DNA of 63,416 bases, the filler included, from Choristocarpus tenellus KU-1152 (Eukaryota > Protista > Phaeophyceae): the NCBI GenBank assembly GCA_964200185.2. It is 8 parts of 8 records of this genome, joined end to end, with 100 filler letters (N's around TTAATTAATTAA, not from the genome) between each part and the next. Parts side by side here need not be neighbours in the genome. Positions count along the whole stretch, not along the records: positions 57,193 to 60,481 come from CAXNAD020021010.1; positions 60,582 to 63,416 come from CAXNAD020024325.1; 6 more parts are not named here. One strand, given 5' to 3'. Each line of letters opens with the position of its first letter. Positions within the stretch are counted from its first letter, which is position 1. Shown here one piece after another: positions 57,093-63,416 of the stretch. The translations under genes and the position numbers were made by a program. The notes beneath the pieces were generated by a model. It did no database searches. It was not told where the DNA came from and saw only the letters and a list, made by a program, of their open reading frames with translations.

Positions 57093-57741
57093 NNNNNNNN
57101 NNNNNNNNNNNNNNNNNNNNNNNNNNNNNNNNNNNNTTAATTAATTAANNNNNNNNNNNNNNNNNNNNNNNNNNNNNNNNNNNNNNNNNNNNGGGGGGGG
57201 AGAGAGAAAAGGGGCCCAACACAGGACAATCAGAGCCACCACAGTGACAAAACATCATTTTAGTAAGCTGTGAAGGAACAGAAGGAAATGATGCCAGGAG
57301 ACTACTGTGGTAGGAGAAAAGAGCACCAAGATATTTCACCAAGATGACAGTACACCACAATACACCTCAAAGTCCGTTAAGTTCAAGGTGTGAAAAAAAA
57401 AATCCTAGGAAAAGGGAACACAAGGAGAGGGACAGGGGACCGGGGCCGAGGATCTTCCTGTAGGTATTGACTGTTCGACATTTCTAATGGCATACAAAAG
57501 TTGTGCTTCCTCCCTAATGACAGCTACATGTATTGGAATGAAAATCGTGGTCTCACTGGTTTGGACTTGTTGAGGCACAAAGGCCAAGTTCTCCTAATTG
57601 AACACAACTGGGTCCATCTTTTCCACCTCTATCCCCTCCCACTCTACCCTTGACTCCCCACCCTCCCACCCCAAAGCTACCAAGCCCAGCGCAGCCCACT
57701 GACAAATCATCATGCAGCTCCTCACCCTCTGTCATCTTGAC

Positions 57742-59097
57742 CTCAGGGTCTGCAACAACGAAGTCTCCCACCACATCTGGATTCATCTCTCCCAGGAGCT
57801 CTGCCGCTACCTGAATTTTCCCCAACCCATTGCAGTAGGAAATGCAGTGGAGTGTTAGGAGGAAACATGTGACACAAGGAAACATGTGATGCCAAAAGGA
57901 GCAAAGAAAAAAACGGAATTAAAGGTGTTTCAGTAGCACTCCAAGACGTATCTTCCGTCTAGTCTGAGCACGCCAGCTACTCTTCTTGAAATGATTATCC
58001 AAGAGAGGTGTTGGCATCAGTGGGAGAGGCAGGAGCATTATGGCATTGTAGTTTGAGGGAGATCACAAACAGAAAATTGCATTCCACAGAATGTGATCTA
58101 TGGTTTGCGCAATCAAGAACGCCCTTCCATCATTGTTGGGTGTGCTTCTATTGGTAAGTGCAATGTCAAACAACACAGAAAGAGAACACCTTAGGCATGA
58201 ATGTCGGCATTGGGAAAGGGGTAAGTAAGCACTCAACGCCAAACATGTTCTAGCAAATGCCAGGGTGTGCATCACTTGCCTGGGCCCTGGGGCGACCAAT
58301 ACTTTCAGCACTGACAAAGAAGTTATTTCCGAGATCTGATGCCTGCACTGTGGCTGAGTCCAGTATCGTGAAGCGTCCAACCCCTACTCACGAACAGCAC
58401 AAGGAGTGTGTAATGTTGTTGGATGGAAGGGATAAAGCACCAGCAGCAAGAGGAAGAGGGCTTAGCAGTGGTGGGTGACATTATCCACGAAGAATTGTAA
58501 ATACATAGAGAAGCAGGGTTCTTGGACAAGCATCAAGTTAGGGGTAATACTGTTAGTGTATTGGGGAAAGGGAGGGGGGATGGCCTGAGATTGTGTGGAA
58601 TTATGGTTGGGCAACTTTTCCAGAGGTACAAGGTAACAGATTAACCCCATCGAAGAGAAAATTGAGTATAGAAGATGCAAATTAGATTTGTTGAGCTTGA
58701 GTAAGATAACATTGGGAAAAGTGCACTGCACTGCCCTGCACTACACATAGCACAAAAAATGGTGGTGGCATCCATTGCTAACCCAACAAGTCCACCTTGA
58801 CAACCAGCGACCAAAAGCTGATAACCCCTACGGCACACATAGACTGCTATGTTGTATGCTCTTGCTTCACCATCCTATGAAAGATGGCCTAGGGGCGGGA
58901 ATCCACCGATTCGGGGCTCACTTTTTTATAAACCGAGCCAGCTCAGGATCTACTCTACCTGGAAGAACGAGGTTCTTGAGAGTCTCCGTCCCTGTGGGTC
59001 CAGCGTCGATGACGAGGATGCTGGCTTCCATGAGGTATTTCTGGCCGGATTCACCCCACAGACGGAGCTGTCTATCGTACTTGTTGTCCGTCGCCAT
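57742..59097 (-). CDS. NAE1: NEDD8-activating enzyme E1 regulatory subunit (NAE1/APPBP1/AXR1), 5' part
   Basis: Exons 58959-59097 ([19 protein letters not shown]...[14 protein letters not shown]), 58280-58383 (VGRFTILD...DLGNNFFV...IGRPRAQ, GC donor) and 57742-57810 ([23 protein letters not shown]). Truncated by the linker at 57192. Confidence 0.93.
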
Positions 59098-59879
59098 GGT
59101 TGGTTCTCCTTTTCCTATCTTCACCTGTTGGTCCCTTTTCTTGGGTCGTCCCTCTTCAGGTAGATTGCCGTCAAATGGAGGCTTACACCCTACCAGAGGG
59201 TTGTAGAGGGTTTGAGATGATGTATCACATCATTAAACGGGTAGACGATTACATGATCGGCAACAGGGGCACGGGTAGGTACGATAAATTTGTTGCTGGC
59301 GATGGCAATATGCCAACACGAATACCAGGAAGGAGTTCATCACCCCTAACTAAATCGATACCATCTACTGCACCGAAGAACGAAATAGTACAGAGTGAGA
59401 TGTCATGGACAGCGAAATGTAATGCATTTGGTAGTTGTCCATGTGTGCTCTATCTCTGATCCACTTGGATGGACTATCGCTGCTACCATATTGGGTAGTT
59501 GAGGTACGGCTTGGGGGTTGTCGGACGTCTAAGATGCCTCGCAACATTTCCAAGTGTGGATTGCGCGGTAGTTAGAACAAAACGATATGAACATAAGAAA
59601 AAATGACAGGTCTCTTCTCAACCAGCCGCACTTGCCCGTCAGCCGTGTTCGCTGGATCACCATAGTATTTGCACAATGATCCAATCTCGACATTACTTCT
59701 GCCCTGTCTGTAGCTCATCAATCTGACTCGACGATGCTTCCCACATCGAAGTACCATCTAGATATGATGATTTCTGAATCTCGACAATTGCCTCACCTTC
59801 GGCACCTCGATCGCTGCCTCCTTGTGAACGTTATCCAAGGACACAGGGTAGAGTGGATTGGGTTGTTTGAAACACAATT

Positions 59880-60445
59880 GATGAACCGCGCGGTTCTGCG
59901 CGCTAGTGATTGACTAACTTGTTTGAAAATGTACCACTCCATGATTCTTAACAATAGTGATGACATTCAAGCTCACATGGCGGAGGTGATAGAGAGCTGT
60001 GGGACACGAGCTTTAGCCACACACCTAAGCGAGATGGAGGACAAGCAGGTGGCCTGCCTCCTCAACTCCCGGCTAGGCTATCTTGTGAGGGTCACCCCCC
60101 CCCTCCTGGCACGCTCCACCATGGAGCAAGCAGACAATACCTCCCTGTGGACACTAGAGAGGATAATGGAGATAGCCGATACGACAGAGGTGACAGATTT
60201 CTTTGAGGGAGGTTGCAACAATAGATCTCTCCGCCAAGAGACCCACCTACAAGTACAGGCACAGATGCCTACAAGTGCGAGGGGTCTGGGCCTCTCCACT
60301 ATGAAACACCGCCAACATGCAGCTTTCGTAGGATCACTGGTGGCTACTCTCCCCATTCTCCTAGCAAGGCAGCAAGGGCCTCATGGCGAGTCCTTCTCAC
60401 AGGCTGTATGCACAAGCCCTACAATACAGGCCTTTGGATCGTCCA
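59880..60445 (+). pseudogene. RLE/CRE-like LINE post-RT region
   Basis: LNSRLGYLVRVTPP...LWTLERIM...QAQMPTSARGLGLST...AAFVGSLVATLPILLA matches the LSTGAGGLGL...SIGSLVATLPxVLA segment of brown-algal RLE LINEs. Confidence 0.75.
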
Positions 60446-60581
60446 GACCCAAAGTATCTGCGAGGCGGGGGGGGTCTACACNNNNNNNNNNNNNNNNNNN
60501 NNNNNNNNNNNNNNNNNNNNNNNNNTTAATTAATTAANNNNNNNNNNNNNNNNNNNNNNNNNNNNNNNNNNNNNNNNNNNN

Positions 60582-60682
60582 TTACAAAACCGAAACGTGG
60601 GAACAAAGCACACCAAAAAGTGATAATCGAAAAAAGGGTGAAAAAAGGAGGCCGACACCCCCCCCCCCAGATACTTTGACCC
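60582..60682. mobile_element. MITE subfamily 3 end (same TIR, different interior); inverted partner at 63338-63416
   Basis: CACCAAAAAGTGATAATCGAA.AAAGGGTGAAAAA.GGA.GCCGACACCCCCCCCCCCAGATACTTTGACCC is the reverse complement of the window's last 79 nt. Confidence 0.85.
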
Positions 60683-60689
60683 TAGAGTA

Positions 60690-61830
60690 GTAGGATGAGC
60701 TTACAATTAACATCAATTTTTGAGGGTTTTTTTGACCAGGAAGAGGGTATTGTTGCTGAAGAGACTGATCGAACTGTGAAAGCTGACTTGGGACGTCTGC
60801 CCACCTCGTCAAACACGCGAACTGGCCTTGGTTCTCGAACTAATCCGACATCTTGTGGTTTGCTATATGCTGGCTGATTGGTCTTGGACCGGAAGAACAG
60901 TAGGGACAGACAAGCTGCATCCACCTCAATGTGTACAAAGACTTGGTTAAAAGCCCATAGTATCCTAGAGGGCTGTGTGTTTGGATCAAAATGGTCCATT
61001 CGGGGCTTAATGGGGAGTTATAAGATACCCCAGTTTAATGCCCGTTTTGGTGGTGATTTCCCTTCAGATTTTGTCTAAATGGAGGGATGGAAAGGAAGGT
61101 GCCTTCAGATAAAGGAGATTGTCCTTACATCTGATACGTTCACTCAAATGACATGAAGATCACTACAAGGACAGAAAGGTTCAGAATGGACGCCTCACCC
61201 CTCCTCTAGGATAATATGGGCCAGAACCGGCAAGCAGGAATCACAATGGAAAAGACAGCGAACAAACAGCAAGAGCACAACTGGATGATGAAAGTGAGTG
61301 CGTGGTCAAAGAGTAACCTACTCTACGGAAACTTGAACGCACAAACAACTTAAAGCAGTTGACGCTCCTATGAATAACTTCAAGGTCATGCCTCCATTAG
61401 AGAGAAATCCTATGTCATGGTTTGGAGCACTGGTGTCTCAGAAGACATTGATGTAACCATGCGCATCCATTTTCAAACATGGTCGTGAGGGATATTCCCA
61501 AGTGAGGATGATCCTGAAGCCAAGTTTCGATGAGCAAGCAACCCCAGAAGATCTACACGTGAAGTTGCAGCTACACATCCCAAACCAAAGCCATAGATGC
61601 GCCGAATGAAGGCCTGAAGCCACAAAACCATTATATTCACTGACTGAAGGGACCATTCGCAGTTATCAAAGTTGGAGGGTAAGTTGATTGAGGCGGGAGG
61701 AGTTATTCAGGAACACTAAGCACTACGAGTCACAGAAACCATACATATGCAGACTGCCACCACCCTTACTCGGAGGTGAAGACTCGAGGTGGTGATGTCC
61801 ATGTTGCAATCTAAGCTCAAATAAGTCCTC
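60690..61830 (+). pseudogene. RLE/CRE-like LINE C-terminal remnant
   Basis: KADLGRL, ASTSMCTKTWLKA (like SGPGAxAWLxA) and EDIDVT (RLE D-V-T motif). Confidence 0.45.
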
Positions 61831-62244
61831 ATACCTGGTTTGGGTGATATTGGCGTGATTGCTTAGTATGTCGCAGACAGAAATGATGTCGGGATGAAGA
61901 TCAGTTTCATTTGTTAGGATCTTTTCTATTTTCTCCTAGCTCTGATCGTGAAAATCGAACTGGAAAGGTTGGGCTTGCTTCTTCCTTGGACTGAAAAAAA
62001 AAGAAAACATCATATTAAAAAACCCATCTGTCCTTGTCATCAAAATCTTACACCGTGCAAGTTCATACGGGCGTTTACGGAACCACTGTATGGGACTTCC
62101 TCTCTGCAACACGAGTTTGTTGTCATTCAAGGTCTACATGGGTGCGTGGGAGTGAGCACTTCCCTTCATCGGACACTCCGACATGTGCAAAACACCAATG
62201 ACTTAAGCTGTGGGGGAAACAAGTGAATGAGGTAGGCATGTGAC

Positions 62245-62422
62245 GACCCAAAGTGTCTGGGGGGGGGGGGGGGGTCTGAACCAGGGTGTCCATTTGATCC
62301 ATAACCAGGAAACGTGCACTTACATTATCATCCAACGAATGCAACCAAATCACCGAAAAATCGCAAGATGAAAAAAATGGTCCAAATAGACAGCCGCCAC
62401 CCCCTCCCAGATACTTTGAGCC
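62245..62422. mobile_element. MITE subfamily 2, full copy
   Basis: GACCCAAAGTGTCTGGGGG...GTGCACTTACATTATCATCC...CCCAGATACTTTGAGCC. Confidence 0.88.
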
Positions 62423-63337
62423 TGATCTACGTTTCAATTGTGTTGCCATGTTTGTAGCATCTGCGCCACAGATTAGTGTGCGGTGAGGTGCTCATTCTCC
62501 TTTCTGGGTGTCCCTCCCAACAGCATCTCTTGTCTCCTTGGTCCCAACACCTTACGTTGCAATTCATTTCTTTACCGTTTTGTAACAGGATTACACTCGT
62601 CTTCCGAATTACACGCGCTCACATGAACCTGTTGTGACAATGCTCTGGAGTTCTCATCCTGTCAAAAGTCCTGTGTCTCACTTGCAACAGTGATAATGGG
62701 CTACTGTATAGAGGAAGGTTGATATAGGTTTAATAAAACATCAAGGAATTCATTGCAATAAACTGTTTCCAAATTTGCCATGATTTTGAAAATGTATGAA
62801 GATTGAACAGACATATTGAACAGAGGAGAATTTAACGCGAATTGCACAAGGATGAGCGGTACAAACAAATATTTGTTCATGTATTTCGTACCGATTAAGC
62901 GAAATGCGAACGCTGTCCATGGATATTAAAAATTAAAAAATATATATGTGGAAAGGGGAGCGGTGTACTATAGCTGGCAGTCAAACAGTAAAAGGTGGTA
63001 GAAAAAATATCTTTCACGTTTACGATAACTGTTACTTGTACAGGAGTTCTTATGATGTTGAATTGGCTTTTACCCTGACATATTTGGAAAATGTCAGAGG
63101 TCATAATAATATATAGAAAACATGTTTTCAGCTTGAAAAAGTGAAGGGGCATCCAACAGATAGGTACCGAACGTGAGGATATGACACACAAGAGACATAA
63201 TGTCACCAAATGTCCTATTGCGTCTTCCACAACGAAATAGTTTATTTGGTAGTAAAATAGTAAACAGTAGATGATAGAAAAATGTATTTCATATTTTCAA
63301 GAACTGTTACTTTTTCAAAGGTTGTTCTAACATTTGA

Positions 63338-63416
63338 GGGTCAAAGTATCTGGGGGGGGGTGTCGGCATCCGTTTTTCACCCTTTCTTCGATTATCACTT
63401 TTTGGTGTGATTTGGT
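63338..63416. mobile_element. MITE subfamily 3 end at the window edge
   Basis: GGGTCAAAGTATCTGGGGGGGGGTGTCGGC..., inverted match to 60600-60682. Confidence 0.85.

Noticed and set aside
57553-57741. Gly-rich insertion in NAE1 suggested by the ORF track
   Set aside because: A GT donor (GAG|GTCAAG) directly follows VADPE, where NAE1 similarity ends, so the rest is probably intron.
18684-60581. Regularly recurring TTAATTAATTAA motif, suggestive of a repeat array or regulatory site
   Set aside because: It is always centred in a 100-nt N-run, so it is an artificial six-frame-stop linker.
60446-60682. A single MITE spanning the last linker, implying true contiguity of the two LINE fragments
   Set aside because: The two ends look like different subfamilies and their flanks (CCA versus TAG) do not form a TSD. 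Contiguity is unproven.

Overview
Eukaryotic, intron-rich genomic DNA, most likely a stramenopile or brown alga. That taxon call is inferred from the style of the genes and retroelements, not proven. The window is not one continuous locus: it is 8 contigs joined by 7 artificial 100-nt linkers (N-run, TTAATTAATTAA, N-run), so neighbourhoods across linkers are not evidence of linkage. Seven spliced genes were reconstructed by hand with exon phases checked. Three are complete (Ran GTPase, organellar ribosome recycling factor, GlpF-type aquaglyceroporin with a very large loop insertion), one is near-complete (RNase H2 subunit B with a C-terminal PIP box) and three are partial (kinesin-14 motor, type II membrane sulfotransferase, NAE1/APPBP1). 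Much of the remaining sequence is decayed mobile DNA: an RTE-like LINE, several RLE/CRE-like LINE fragments, Ty3/Gypsy and Copia remnants, a DD39D mariner, an IS630/Tc1-like element, probable Penelope-like and CACTA-like remnants, and a young PIF/Harbinger-like MITE group at which the assembly repeatedly breaks. I found no convincing novel multi-gene system, CRISPR array or RNA gene. The best leads are a ~940-bp miniature LTR element with non-canonical ends nested in a LINE, the three-subfamily MITE group, three motif-enforced GC-AG introns, the aquaporin insertion, and a near-perfect 74-nt hairpin.
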